From positions 52,948,001-53,012,000 of the forward strand of contig NC_135822.1 of NCBI RefSeq assembly GCF_964213995.1: a DNA stretch of 64,000 nucleotides. The letters are read 5' to 3'. The position numbers were made by a program, and so were the translations under genes. Below the pieces are notes generated by a model. The model saw only the letters and a list, made by a program, of their open reading frames with translations, was not told the DNA's origin and did no database searches. The stretch's first letter is position 1, and each line of letters begins with the position of its first letter. The stretch is from Mustelus asterias (lineage: Eukaryota). Positions 49,440 through 62,774 of this stretch are shown here, one piece after another.

Positions 49440-50030
49440 TAGAGGTTATAGAGGTTTACAGCATGGAAGCAGGCCCTTCGGCCCAGCTTGTCCATGCCGC
49501 CCCTTCCCCCCCCCCCCCCGCCCCCTTTTTAAGCACTAAGCTACTCGCAATTGCCCGCTTATGGCCCATATCCCTCTCCATCCATCTTACTCATGAAACT
49601 TTCTAAACGCTTTTGAAAATAAAAAATTGTACCCGCCTACTACTACCTCTGGCATCTTGTTCCAGACACTCATCACCCTCTTCGTGTAAAAAATCCCCCC
49701 CCCCCCGACCCTTTTGTAACTCTCCCTTCTCACTTAATACTATGCCCCCTCGCTTTAGACTTCCCTACATTTGGGAAATATATTGACTATCTAGCTGATC
49801 TACGCCCCTCACTATTTTCTCGACCTTTATATAATCACCTCTAAGCCTCCTATGCTCCAGGGAAAAAAGTCCTAGTCTATCCAGCTTCTCCTTATAACTA
49901 AAACCATCAAGTCCTGGTAGCATCCTAGTAAATATTTTCTGAACTCTTTCTCGTTTATTAATATCATTGCTATAATAGGGTGATCAGAACAGTATTCCAA
50001 GTGTGGCCTTAGCAATGTCTTGTACAACTT
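49440..50030 (-). mobile_element. CR1 3' fragment
   Basis: KLYKTLLRPHLEYC motif; tail like the CR1 at 25270-25330. Confidence 0.8.
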
Positions 50031-50105
50031 GCTTTGCTCCGACGTAGTTTGCCAGTTTTCAATCGCCAGGAACAGTAAAGCGCCAGCCAGTTCATTCCAT
50101 GCAAC

Positions 50106-50781
50106 GAACAAAGAACAATACAGCACAGCCTCTAAGCCCGCGCCGCTCCCTGGTCCAAACTAGACCATTCTGTTGTATCCCTCCATTCCCACTCCGTTCA
50201 TGTGGCTATCTAGATAAGTCTTAAACGTCCCCAGTGTGTCCGCCTCCACCACCTTGCCTGGCAGCACATTCCAGGCCCCCACCACCCTCTGTGTAAAATA
50301 CGTCCATTGATATCCGTGTTAAACATCCCCCCCCCCCGCCCCCCTCCCCCCCCCCCCCCCCCATCACTTTGAACCTATGACCCCTCGTGAACGTCACCAC
50401 CGATCTGGGAAAAAACTTCCCACCGTTCACCCTATCTATGCCTTTCATAATTTTATACACCTCTATTAGGTCACCCCTCATCCTCCGTCTTTCCAGGGAG
50501 AACAACCCCAGTTTACCCAATCTCTCCTCATAACTAAGCCCTTCCATACCAGGCAACATCCTGGTAAACCTCCTCTGCACTCTCTCTGATGCCTCCACTT
50601 CCTTCTAGTAGTGCGGCGACCAGAACTGGGCGCAGTATTCCAAATGCAGCCGAACCAACGTTCTGTACAACTGCAACATCAGACCCCAGCTTTCATACTC
50701 TATGCCCCGTCCTATAAAGGCAAGCATGCCATATGCCTTATTCACTACCTTCTCCACCTGTGACGTCACCTTCAAGGATCT
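50106..50781 (-). mobile_element. 5'-truncated CR1 abutting and truncating V pseudogene 3
   Basis: ORFs 50221..50598 and 50605..50823; same subfamily as 29822-32333. Confidence 0.9.
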
Positions 50782-51033
50782 TTGGCTGCAGGCTGGAACG
50801 TGGCAGGTGAAAGGTCGAGTCACAGGATCTCAAGGCGTAGAAACGTTGCAATGTTCCCAAAAGGTCGATCCTGTTGGTGCTGTCAGAATGGAAAAGGAGC
50901 AAGAACTCTCGGCTTGAGAGTTGCCGATACCAAACGAATCTCCTTAACATTTATACTCTTTTGGGGTAATCGAAGCTTTTCAGATGTTCCACAACCTGTT
51001 ACCAATCTGTTTAATCGCCTGGAGCATGAATAT
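50782..51033 (-). pseudogene. TCR V pseudogene 3, frameshifted, 3' end cut by CR1
   Basis: gaaag acceptor, DIHA/QAIKQI, GTSEKLR.., VWYRQLSSREFLLLFHSDSTNRIDLLGTLQRFYALRSCDSTFHLPRSSLQP, then LINE sequence. Confidence 0.75.
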
Positions 51034-54000
51034 CTTTCATAATGGAGAAGGCCCACGTTTTCAGACAAGGGGCTACAGAGAAGCGTGCGTTGTCTTCTGA
51101 AGAGGATAAATGGAGGGGAGGGTTATTTCAGGCTTCCACTGATGAGTAGGTTCAACAATTCGGAGAGTCTGGAGAATTCTTTGCGGAGGGGGAGAGACAG
51201 GCTAACGTTAGATTCAGGAAAGGTTCAGCAGTTGCCAATCAGATTGTACGGTGCGCGGGGAAATCCTCTTTCCATTTCGACACATTAGAACGAATCTATT
51301 GAAGTTATTTACAACATCGTTTCTCAGTTGAATTCTTGGAGAATATGGGGAATATATGTCAATTGCGGAGATTCGAAAAACGTTTTCACAAAAAATGCAG
51401 GGATTGCAAATACGTTCACTCTTAAATCCGGGTTATTTGTGTTGATGGTGTGTCAGATGCTGCTTTCTTTATTTTCTTTATTTCTCCCGCGCCCATTTCT
51501 CTTTTTGTCCCTTGCACCCGCCTCCTCTCTTATTTCCCCTCCTCTTTCTGCTTCTCTTCATCACTCCCTATATCCTGCTTTCGAAAGAATTCTGTTACTC
51601 TGTTGCAAACGTTGAGATGCTAGGGACAGTGAACCGAGCAGTCAGATTGCAGTTTTGGTCGGACCTAAATCATTACATTATGTTGGACGTTTACAATGAA
51701 TATTTCCAAAGTCCAATGTCTTGGAAATCACTAACGCAAGGTGGTAGGAGTACAGATAGCATAATGGAATGATAAAATGTGACAGAATAGAGGGAGGCCA
51801 TTCAGCCCATTGTATCTGCACCGGTATCCAAAAGAGCTACCCAGTTAGTTCAATTCTCCAGCCCTATCTCTGTATCCCTTCTAAATTCATCACTTTAAAA
51901 TTGGTATCCAGCTCTCTTTTGAAATGGCCAATGGAATTTGCTTCCACCACACTCAGCTTACTCCAAATCCCAAAAGCTCTGAGTAAGAAGCTTCTCTTTA
52001 TCTCACCTCTGGCTCTCTTGCTGAACGTGTTGACATACTGACCCCTTAGGCATTGACATACGAAATAGTAGAAGCAGAATATCCTTCCTTGCACTGTCAA
52101 AATTGTGCATAATTTTGAACATCTCAATAAGGGAATCGCATAACTTTGTCTTATCCATGGAGAATAAGCCCAATTTCTGAAATCTTAACTTGCATCTACA
52201 GATCCCCATTACCTGTCGAAATAGGGAGAATGTCTGGTGAAAAGTTTAATAAAACACTGGTTAGATTCTGCCTGAGGTGTTGTATTATGTTCTGGCTCTG
52301 TGCCCCAAATTCTCTCCTATCCACTGCAAAATCCCTGCTTTACGACACCATCCCCAATACTCTGTCTCTATTCTCCCCTTTCTTCTCCCTTTCATTGTCA
52401 TGCTTCTTCCTGCTTTCCATTCCCGCCTTTTCATCTTTTCCTTCTCTCCTGTTATTCACACTTTACCAGTTATCTCCCATCAGCGCTCATGCTCCACTCT
52501 TTCTACAACCCGTCCATCTATATTCTATTTCCCAATTAGCTCATCTTTGCTCCACAACCCACACCACAGTAACTGTCCCCTCCTTGCTGAATCTCCCCTC
52601 TCCTACTCCTGTTTCTCTATTTCCTTCTAATCTCTCCTTCCTCTCAGTGTCAGTGCTGTTTCCTATCCTCCTGTTCTTTTCTCTGCCCACAAACAACATT
52701 AATCTTAGGGAAGGGTTGGTGAATCAGTGATGTCAGGCTCCACGTTCGCATCCAACAAGGAACCAATCGGTGCATTGTCGAAAAATGTTTCAGGACTGCA
52801 TCAGAAGCCACGAAGTAGCTGAGGCCAATAGAGTTGCATGGTCTGTGGGACAATGTAACTTCAATATGATACAAGGAGCATTCCTGGACAGCACGGGGTT
52901 GCAGCTGAGTGTATTTGCCTTTCAGAAAGTGAGGGAGGAACTAAACGGGATAATGAGGAAGTAATCGGAAGTTGTTATCAAATACTAGGTTGCCTTCTGG
53001 AGGAAAATCGAAATAACCTTAAAGAGTTATTAAAATCACATGGAAATATCTCTGGGAACAAAGTAGGAAGTAGTAAAATAATTGTGCATGTTACATCGAA
53101 TCTGGAAGCCATTCGGCCCTTCGAGCCTGCTCCGCCATTCATCTTGATCACGGCTGATCATTGAAATCAATATCCTGATCCCCCTTCCTCTCGTACCCCT
53201 TGATCGTTTCAACTCCAAGACCTTAATCTAATTTCTTCGAGAAAATCAGACAACGTTTTGGCCTCAACTACATTCTGTGGTAATGAATTTCACACATTCA
53301 CCACTCTCCGGGTGAAGAAATTTCTCCTCACCTCAGTTCTTAAAGTTTTGCTCCTCATCCTCAAACTATGCATGTTGCATGTTGCTGATGTAGAAAATGC
53401 TGTTCCAATTGAGCAATATCCGTATAGACTTAATCACTGAAGTTAAAGTTTAGTTATTTATTAGTCACAAAGAAGGCTTACCTGAACACTGCAATGAAAT
53501 TACTGTGAAATTCAGGTTCGGAAGGAAAAGCTGATGTTTGTTTAGTCTGAGATGCAGCAGCCAAAATTCTTGATCACACAAAGGAAGGCTGGTGGATACT
53601 TACAAATCTCAAATAATGAATGCAGGAATGGGGGTAGATGATTACAATGTAAGATTGGTGAAGGTGGAAATGGAGATCCAGTTACCAGATAATGATTTGA
53701 ATAAGGAAAATGAGCTGGTTTGATGGCAGTTGCAAGAAAAAGTTCACTGATTTGGTGTATGTTCCTGAGTTGTTGAAATTAACAGATGTCAACTTCCAAT
53801 ATTGTCAAAAACAGCCCATCGTCTATGAGAAATTGTAAATCAATCAGGAGTATTGTGTGATCTCAAGATGGAGATTGAGGCGCAAAAATATTTCACTACT
53901 ACAGATAAAAGGAAGGGACAGCAACGTGAAGTAAGTCTGTTTGATGAAACAATATTATCATTCCAAATGATCGACTAGGAAAATGAATCCATACAGTTTG

Positions 54001-55116
54001 CATAAACGTGAATATCCAAAGAAACAGCATTTCTGATGTTCGAGTACACTACGATGGTTTTTGTAACAGCAAAACTGTCACAGTGATCACTGAAGCCAGC
54101 ATTACAACATATCCTGATACTAAAGAAGTCAATCTGCTGTATATCTTTGACAAAGAACATGTAGAAATAATGGCAAAGAGGCAAAACGAGCAAAGGAATT
54201 GATAATCTATCGTGCAACAGAAAGATATAGCATTGGAGACGCTGGAATGACTTTTGCGCGTGTCAGTTTATAACAGAAGCTGGGGATGGACTGTCTGAGA
54301 GTGGAAATGAGGCAAGTTAACAAGAAAGGGGAAAGAGAGGTGTTACGTTCCTGGAAGGCCCTTAACCAGCCTGTGAAGTCGAGAAGACATGCAAAGAGAC
54401 AGTTTCTTTTTGACGAAATCTGTGAGCAGCTCAGCCTTCTGAAAATGATTCCTTTATTTTGACATTTTGAGAACTGTTGGAAATTGAAATGCAAATCCGG
54501 TGTGGTTTGTGCCAGTTTGCATTTAATGTAAGGTTTCATCCTCCTGATCTTACCGAGTTCTCTGAGCATGTTACCGATATTATTTTTCAATAATGAGAAC
54601 AATATTTAACATGGATGTGGAGTTAAAGCAGGATCAAGGACTAAAGGAGACTTCGTAAAGAAAGAGGACGTAGCTCAACGACAACAGTGTGTTGAGAAAA
54701 GCAAGACAGGAGAACATGATTGCCGATACTTGACATGACTTTGATGAGAGAATGGTATGAAGCGGATGTTGGATCCCATCTTTGAGAACTAACAGCCAAC
54801 TACTCAAAGAGGAGTACCTCGCCTCATAATTCGTTAAAAGTGTGTGAGAGGTGGTATGATCTGCTCTTTAGCAACTCCTTTGTGGTAAAATCAAAAATAA
54901 CTACCTGAAACTCTATCTTTAAAGTCAACAAGTAACTATCTATCTAACTAACAGTGAACAGGTTAACAAAACTATTAATAAATCAGTTAAAATACTATTC
55001 TAATGAAATGTTGCTGAGATAAATACGATTCCCAATTCTTAACAAAAAAAATACAATTTTTAGTCAAAATCAAAATTTCAACTAGGTTTGTTTTCTTCTG
55101 GAATCTTCTGTCTTCA

Positions 55117-55598
55117 AGAACAACAAAGAACAAAGAATAATACAGCACAGGAACAGGCCCTTCGGCCCTCCAAGCCCGCGCCGCTCCCCGGTCCAGGATT
55201 GAATCCTGAATCCAGGATCCCCGCCCAATTTTCCAGCCTATCTACATACTCATATCCTATCCACCGAGCTGTCCCTCACAGCTACGATGCTTTGTTCATC
55301 ACAACCTATTAGCTCACCCCCACCCCCCCCCCCCCCCCATTCCAGACCATGTGATCTCCAGGGAGAGGCGAAAACCCAGAGTGAAAACCCCAGGGCCAAT
55401 ATGGGGGAAAAAAATCTGGGAAATTCCTCTCCGACCCCCTGAGGCGATCGAAACGAGTCCAGGAGATCACACTGGCCCTGATCGGAAAATGCTTCCCAAC
55501 CCTATTCATTTCCACTTCCACGAACACCATATGAATTCCCTGCCCCCGAGATAGGTTCCCAACTATCCGCAGTCTCGCTCTGTACTGGCACCAGCAAG
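55117..55598 (-). mobile_element. Young non-coding retroelement with CR1-type tail, copy 2 (longer)
   Basis: Near-identical to 40858-41279 with about 55 bp more 5' sequence; 5' boundary uncertain. Confidence 0.78.
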
Positions 55599-56884
55599 TT
55601 GATTCTTTCTTTTTTCTTCTGTCTGGAATCTCTACCTTCTTTTGATACTTCTGCTATTCAGGTGAGCCTTTTAGCGAAAGATAAATATAGCTGCAGACAT
55701 TGGTCAGCAACTAAAAGCCCTTGTAGAGAGAGGAGAGGGCTCTTTTGTTCTTTAGTTTTGCTAAAAGTTAGAGCAGTTGCAGATAGACAGCTGTATATGG
55801 AGGTATCTCGCACAGTTCTGCTCGGCAAAAACGTACAGCAGACAATGACAGAAAGCTACAGATAAATACACACACAGACATAGAGAGAGAGTGCGAGAGA
55901 GAGGGATTTACAAGGAAGCTGATTCCCATTGGTTCAACGAGAAAGGGGCCATGACCAATTCTGAACAACATCCTAATGCTCTTCATGCTTTCCTCGTGAA
56001 TTCAACCGAGTGGCCTGGTTCCTCACGAGATTCCAAGTTTTTCTTCTCTCTCCATTCATTCTCCACTGTAACACATCGCGGTCATTCTGATGAATTTGCG
56101 ATCCAAACTCTCTAAGGCAAATAAATTGCAGTACTCAGAAGTGAAGCAATTATTCCAGGTGGGGCGTGACCAATGCGCTAAACAAGTGATGCAAAATGTC
56201 TGCCCTTCTGTATTTCAGTCTCTTTTGAAATATTTAATTCGTCGTACCGACTCCTGTATGGACCTCTCTGTTGGCTGGAGGTGACTTGTTTCGCTGGAGA
56301 GTAAACCATTTCCTTCAACCATTGTTCCTAGCTTTTCACTGTTTGTAAAATAATCTGCTTCATCTTTCTTAGGTGCACCTAAGAACAAGCTTTAAATTTC
56401 ACTTCATCGCTGATGAAAAGGCGCCTCGGATGCATGTTTAGCTCAGGTGACTGGACATTCGAGCTGGATTAGATTTGTCTCAAAAAGATCAGTGGATTCC
56501 AAAGTTCCCTATTTGATCTACCCCTGCGAGACATGGTGGCGCTGTGGTTCAGTTCAGTCTTCAGCAGAGAACTGAGCTAGTTGCCACGCAAACAATTTGA
56601 GCTCACCACCTGGATAATTTAATCTTAAATGGGAGTCTGGGTTATAAACAGAAAATGCTCAGCAATTGAAGAAGCATCAGTGAAGATCAATAAAACTTAA
56701 GGTTCAAGATTGTGACTGTCATCAGAACGGTTGTATTTTCGAAGTGCAATATTTACAAAGGAGCAGAGAGTCGAGAAACGGGGAGGGAGGTAAAGAACCA
56801 ACGAGAAGATCAGTGCCAGACTGGAAGGCAACATAGGTTCAAATATGTGATGGATAAAGGAACAAGGGTGTAGAAGCTATTGAT

Positions 56885-57345
56885 CACGTTGTTGCCTGGT
56901 TTAGAGGATATGGACTATGAAGAAAGGTTGAACAAATTTGGATAGTTTTCACTGAAGCTTCGGAGGATGAGGGGGCACCTAACGGAAGTTGGCAAGATTA
57001 TGACAGGCTTGGATGGAGTGGATAGTCAGAGTTTTTTCCCAGGGTCGAAGCTTCAATTACTCGGGGCATAGGTTGAAAGTGAGAGGGGAAAAGTGTAAAA
57101 GTGATGCCAGGGACAAGATTTTCACACAGAGAGTGATGAATGCCTGGAACACAGTGTCAAAGGAAGTCGTGCAAGCAGATTCTATAAAACCGTTCAAAAG
57201 CCATTTGGATGGACACATGAATAGGCAACGTTTAGAGGGATATCGACAACTCTGAGGCAAGAAAACATAAGATTAGATAAGCATTTGTGTCGGCACAGCC
57301 TTTGTGGGCCGAAGGGCTTGTTCCTGAGCTGTTCTGATCGTTGTT
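56885..57345 (+). mobile_element. CR1 3' fragment
   Basis: GHRLKVRG..FTQRVMNAWN motif and ggccgaagggc tail. Confidence 0.75.
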
Positions 57346-57369
57346 CTAAGGCTACAGCCGTTTAAAATG

Positions 57370-57655
57370 GTTCAAATAAATTGAATAAAGATGGGCCAAG
57401 ACGAGGTGTAAATGAAAGCAACAAATTAGATCCCAAGCGTTTTGATCCAAAACGAATGTGAGTACCGTTTCTGATGTGAAATTGTGAAATTAGATGAGAG
57501 TCCGTAAGACTGTAAAGTGTCCAAATGGAAATGGGATTCTCTTCCGTAAGTTGCCGTTCAGTTCCATTGTAACTGTTGAGGCGGCCCATGTGAGATAGGC
57601 GAGATGGTCTTTGCGACTGATAATTGAATGCACCCAGGCTGGAATCGCAGCCTGT
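57370..57655 (-). pseudogene. Possible highly decayed V relic
   Basis: ctacag acceptor, then SQRPSRL..(30 aa)..ENPISIW..RFGSKRLGSNLLLSFTPRLGPS with V-like spacing; no recognisable Cys pair or RSS. Confidence 0.25.
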
Positions 57656-58084
57656 AGCCCGAATGAAAATGTTCAATAAACAGGCCACTCAAAATTTGTT
57701 TGGTTTGTCCATGGTAGCGGAGACCGCACAGTGAACTGCACAGATAGCAGACGGACGAGACAGCAATAAAATAAATTTACAGCAACGAGTGTTTTGGGTA
57801 CTGCTTGGTGAGAAGGAGCCGCAAGGAGTTTAATCAATTGCATCCACCTCTAAACTGACACATAAGTCGTTTCTCCGCAGCAGCAATTGATTTTTCAGAA
57901 ATTAGCGGTGTTAACGACATAGAAACATAGTTCCTCTTCCATTGAATTATATATCCGTAGGTATTCATACTGATTGAGCGGGATCTCTGGTGTTGCAAAG
58001 GATATTTGCACTCTACAACAATGGGGGTTTTCAATCAAGGGCGTGTTCTTCAGTTTTCTTGATCATCAATAATGGATATACGAT

Positions 58085-60817
58085 CGAACAAGAGGCAAGA
58101 ATTAGGGGGCATAAGAATGGGAACAGAAACTGTCAGGGAAAGGCACGAATGAAAAGTGGAACTTTTTCAAGGAACAAATACTGGGTGTCCTTGACAGGTA
58201 TGTCCCTGTCAGGCAGGGAGGAAATGGCCGAGTGAGGGAACCATGGTTCACGAAAGAGGTGGAATGTCCTGTGAAAAGGAAGAGGGAAGCTTATGTAAGG
58301 ATGAGGAAACGAGGTTCAGATGGCTCGATTGAGAGTTACAAGTTAGCAAGGAAGAGCTGAAAAAGGGGCTTAGGAGAGCTAGGAGGGGACATGAGACTTG
58401 GCGGGTCGGATCAAGGAAAACCCCAAGACTTTTTACTCTTATGTGAGGAATAAAAGAATGACCAGGGTGAGGTTAGGGCCGGTCAAGGACAGTAGTGGGA
58501 ACTTGTGCATGGAGTCAGTAGAGATAGGCGAGGTGATGAATGAATACTTTTCTTCAGTGTTCACCAAGACGAGGGGCCATGTTTTTCAGGAAGAGAAGGT
58601 GTTACAGGCTAATAGGTTGGAGGAAGTAGATGTTCGGAGGGAGGATGTAAAGGCAGTTTTGAATGAACTGAAGGTCGATAAGTCCCCTGGGCCTGATGAA
58701 ATATATCCTAGGATTCTTTGGGAGGCAAGGGATGAGATTGCAGAGCCTTTGGCTTTGATCTTTGGATCCTCACTGTCCACGGGGATGGTGCCAGAGGACT
58801 GGAGAGTGGCGAATGTTGTTCCTCTGTTTAAGAAAGGGAATAGAAATGACCCTGATAATTATAGACCGGTTAGTCTTACTTCGGTGTTTGGTAAATTGAT
58901 GGAAAAGGTCCTTAGGGATGGGATTTACGACCATTTAGAAAGATGCGGACTAATTTGGGATAGTCAGCACGGATTCGTGAAGGGCAAGTCGTGCATCACA
59001 AATTTGATTGAATTTTTTGAGGAGGTAACTAAGTGTGTTGATGAAGGTAGGGCAGCTGATGCCATATACATGGATTTTAGTAAGGCGTTTGGTAAGGTCC
59101 CCCATGGTCGGCTTATGATGAAAGTAAGGAGGTGTGGGATAGAGGGAAAGTTGGCCGATTGGATAGGTAACTGGCTATCTGATCGAAGACAGAGGGTGGT
59201 GGTGGATGGCAAATTTTCGGACTGGAGGCAGGTTGCTAGCGGAGTGCCACAGGGATCAGTGATTGGTCCTGTGCTCTTTGTGATTTTTATTAATGACTTA
59301 GAGGAGGGGGCTGAAGGGTGGATCAGTAAATTTGCTGATGACACCAAGATTGGTGGAGAAGTGGATGAGGTGGAGGGCTGTTGTAGGCTGCAAAGAGACA
59401 TAGATAGGATGCAAAGCTGGGCTGAAAAATGGCAAATGGAGTTTAACCCTGATAAATGTGAGGTGATTCATTTTGGTAGGACTAATTTAAATGTGGATTA
59501 CAGGGTCAAAGGTCGGGTTCTGAAGACTGTGGAGGAACAGAGAGATCTTGGGGTCCATATCCACTGATCTCTAAAGGTTGCCACTCAAGTGGATAGATCT
59601 GTGAAGAAGTGTGTTAGCTTTTATTAACAGGGGTTTGGAGTTTAAGAGCCGTGGGGTTATGCTGCAACTGTACAGGACCTTGGTGAGACCACATTTGGAA
59701 TATTGTGTGCAGTTCTGGTCACCTCACTATAAGAAGGATGTGGAAGCGTTGGAAAGAGTGCAGAGGGGATTTACCAGGCTGCTGCCTGGTTTGGAGGGTA
59801 GGTCTTATGAGGAAAGGTTGAGGGAGCGAGGGCTGTTCTCTCTGGAGCGGTGGAGGCTGAGGGGAGACTTAATAGAGGTTTATAAAATGATGAAGGGGAT
59901 AGATAGAGTGAACGTTCAAAGACTATTTCCTCGGGTGGATGGAGCTATTACAAGGGGGCATAACTATAGGGTTCATGGTGGGAGATATAGGAAGGATATC
60001 AGAGGTAGGTTCTTTACGCAGAGAGTGGTTGGGGTGTGGAATGGACTGCCTGCAGTGATGTACTTCTGAGGCTTTATAAAGCACTGGTTAGGCCCCATTT
60101 GGAGTACTGTGAGCAATTTTGGGCCCCACACCTCAGGAAGGACATACTGGCACTGGAGCGGGTCCAGCGGAGATTCACACGGATGATCCCAGGAATGGTA
60201 GGCCTGACATACGATGAACGTCTGAGGATCGTGGGATTATATTCATTGGAGTTTAGGAGGTTGAGGGGAGGTCTGATAGAAACTTACAAGATAATGAACG
60301 GCTTAGATAGGATGGACGTAGGGAAGTTGTTTCCATTAACAGGGGAGACTAGGACGCGGGGGCACAGCCTTAGAATAAAAGGGAGTCACTTTAGAACAGA
60401 GATGAGGAGAAATTTCTTCAGCCAGAGAGTGGTGGGTCTGTGGAATTCATTGCCACAGAGGGCTGTGGAGGCCGAGACGTTGAGCGTCTTCAAGACAGAA
60501 ATTGATAAATTCTTGATTTCTCGAGGAATTAAGGGCTATGGGGAGAGAGCGGGTAAATGGAGTTGAAATCAACCATGATTGAATGGTGGAGTGGACTCGA
60601 TGGGCCGAATGGCCTTACTTCCGCTCCTATGTCTTATGGTCTTATGGTCTTATAGTGGAGTCAGACACTTTAGGAACATTTAAGCGGTTATTGGATAGGC
60701 ACATGGAGCACACCAGGATGTTAGGGAGTGGGACAGCTTGATCTTGGTTTCAGATAAAGCTCGGCACAACATCGTGGGCCGAAGGGCCTGTTCTGTGCTG
60801 TACTGTTCTATGTTCTA
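58085..60817 (+). mobile_element. 5'-truncated CR1 (RT) containing a nested second CR1 3' end at ~60060-60651
   Basis: ORFs 58398..59567 and 59611..60069; host broken at gcagtgat|..|atagtggag by ORF 60036..60566 with its own (cttatggt) tail. Confidence 0.92.
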
Positions 60818-61074
60818 ACAACTGAGTGTCACCGTGTGCCCCAAATATTATTGCACCTTCTGCCTCTCGTTGCCGAACATTTGACCTGATTTAGCATTTA
60901 GTGACCTGTGGTTAACTGGGAACCTATATGTGTCGAATTCGGAATCCAGGTGTTGTTATCTGGAATCCAGAGGTGGATAATTGTACTTCTGATCAGCAAA
61001 GAAAACATGAGCAGTAGAAATTATGCGGAATTTTATGTTGGTCATTAGAAATATATTGACAATATATACTCTGA

Positions 61075-61885
61075 TTCAATCAGTGGGCTGATGATTGGCA
61101 GATGGAGTTTACATTAGACAAATGTGAGGTGATGCATTTCGGCAGATTGAACCAGGGCACGACTTATTCAGTTAATGGTAGGACGTTGGAGAGTGAAGAG
61201 ACGCCTTGAAAGTGGAGTCACAGGTGGACAGAGTGGTGAAGAAGGCATTTGACATGCTTGGTTTCATCGGTCAGAACAATGAATACAGGATTTGGGACGC
61301 CTTGTTTAAGTTGTACAAGATATTGGTAAGGCCGCACTTGGAATATTGTGTGTAGTTCTGGTCACCCTATTATAGAAAGAATATTATTAAAATAGAAAGA
61401 ATGCAGAAAAGATTTACTAGGATGCTGCCGGGACTTGATGGTTTCGGTTATAAGGAGAGGCTGGATAGTCTAGGACGTTTTTCTCTGGAGCGTAGGAGGC
61501 TGAGGGGTGATCTTATAGTGGTCTATAAAATAATGAGGGGCACAAATCAGCTGGATAATCAATATATTTTCCCAAAAGTAGGGGAGTCTAAAACTCGAGG
61601 GCAGAGGTTTAAGGTGAGATGAGAGAAATACAAAAGTGTCCAGAGGGGGCAATGTTTTCACACAGAGGGTGGCGAATGTCTGGAACAAGCTGCCAGAGGT
61701 AGGAGTTGAGGCGGGTACCATCTTTTAAAAAGCGTTTTGGACAGTTACATGGGTAAGATGGGTATAGAGGGATATGAGCTAAATGCGGGCAATTGGGATT
61801 AGCTTAGGGTTTTAAAAAAGGGTGGCATGGACAAGTTGGGCGGCAGGGCCTGTTTCCATGCTGTAAACCTCTATGACTCTATGAC
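61075..61885 (+). mobile_element. CR1 3' fragment, same subfamily as 20118-25333
   Basis: ORF 61401..61622; (ctctatga) tail. Confidence 0.85.
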
Positions 61886-62208
61886 TCGATCGAGGGAATG
61901 GAGGAGTTCGACACTGCATCATGTTTCCGTCCTTTATCGCTTTCCTCAATTGCTTCAGAAAATCGAGCTTCCCCCCACCCAACTCCCCCCTCCCCACCCC
62001 CACCGCCACCACGCCACCACCCCCGAAAATGTCATGGCCGTACCCTTTTTTAAACGTGGGACTTCGAGTCTGTTACTGGGTCTGATAATTCTGTTTCTCC
62101 TTAAAGATTTTCAAAACAAAATATATTGTCATTCGTAATTTTGCTTTACTCACACGTTTCCCGAAAGTCTCATGCTACTGACATCTCCTCTCCAAACTTA
62201 TTTTCCGG

Positions 62209-62489
62209 ATCTTAACAGGAAGATTATCCACCAGTATCCAAATTTTCCGGGGAGAAAATGGGACTGAAGGGCGTTTTGAAGGGTTCCAGTACCATTGATA
62301 CGTACTGGCACAGCAAATGCCCTGGGGATCGGCTGCAGTTTGTGTTTTCCTCGACGGGCACCAGTAACAAAAATGTAGGGTAACGGTAAAATGTCTCATG
62401 GCCGAGAGACACGTGGCTCGGAGTTTTATCTCGAGTCCGCCCGCCCACGGGCAGGTCATTTCGCAGGGTAATACTCCACCTGGGTTCTT
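62209..62489 (+). pseudogene. TCR beta-type V pseudogene 4
   Basis: Mutated acceptor (ttttccgg); DLNRKIIHQYP, KGSSTIDTYWHSKCPGDRLQFVFSSTGT, EFYLESARPRAGHFAG*YSTWVL (cf. FNLESSSLRVYHSGMYYCAWSL); candidate leader SLLLGLIILFLLK at ~62067-62106 without a GT donor. Confidence 0.78.
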
Positions 62490-62528
62490 CACGGTGACTC
62501 AGAGACGGAGAAGTTCACGAAGAAAACG
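62490..62528 (+). promoter_or_regulatory. Degenerate 23-RSS of V pseudogene 4
   Basis: CACGGTG + 23 nt + AAGAAAACG; spacer begins ACTCAG like the RSS at 42990-43028. Confidence 0.7.
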
Positions 62529-62774
62529 AAATGTGGCAGCAAACAGTTTTGAATGATTAAACATGGCGGTAATTCAACATTTATTTTGAATAGGCGGATC
62601 GTGCTTCTGGAAATACGAAGAGACGGGGTAGAATAAATGTTATTTATTCGAGAATGATTCACCGGAAAGGTGCAAATAATTCCTTCATTCCTTTTCTGGA
62701 TATTTTTTTCTATCCGATAAAAAAAATAAGGTGGCAGCAAACGAATATGTTGTAACTTTCAGAAAATAATGTCA

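Noticed and set aside
52726-52735. Exact Vbeta promoter decamer AGTGATGTCA
   Set aside because: No leader or V exon identifiable nearby; a lone 10-mer can occur by chance
52734-52754. Peptide QAPRSHP shared with ~63553-63573(-)
   Set aside because: A seven-residue match of common amino acids is expected by chance in a six-frame self-comparison, and the flanks do not align
57726-57732. CACAGTG heptamer
   Set aside because: No nonamer at 12 or 23 bp and no V, D or J coding flank
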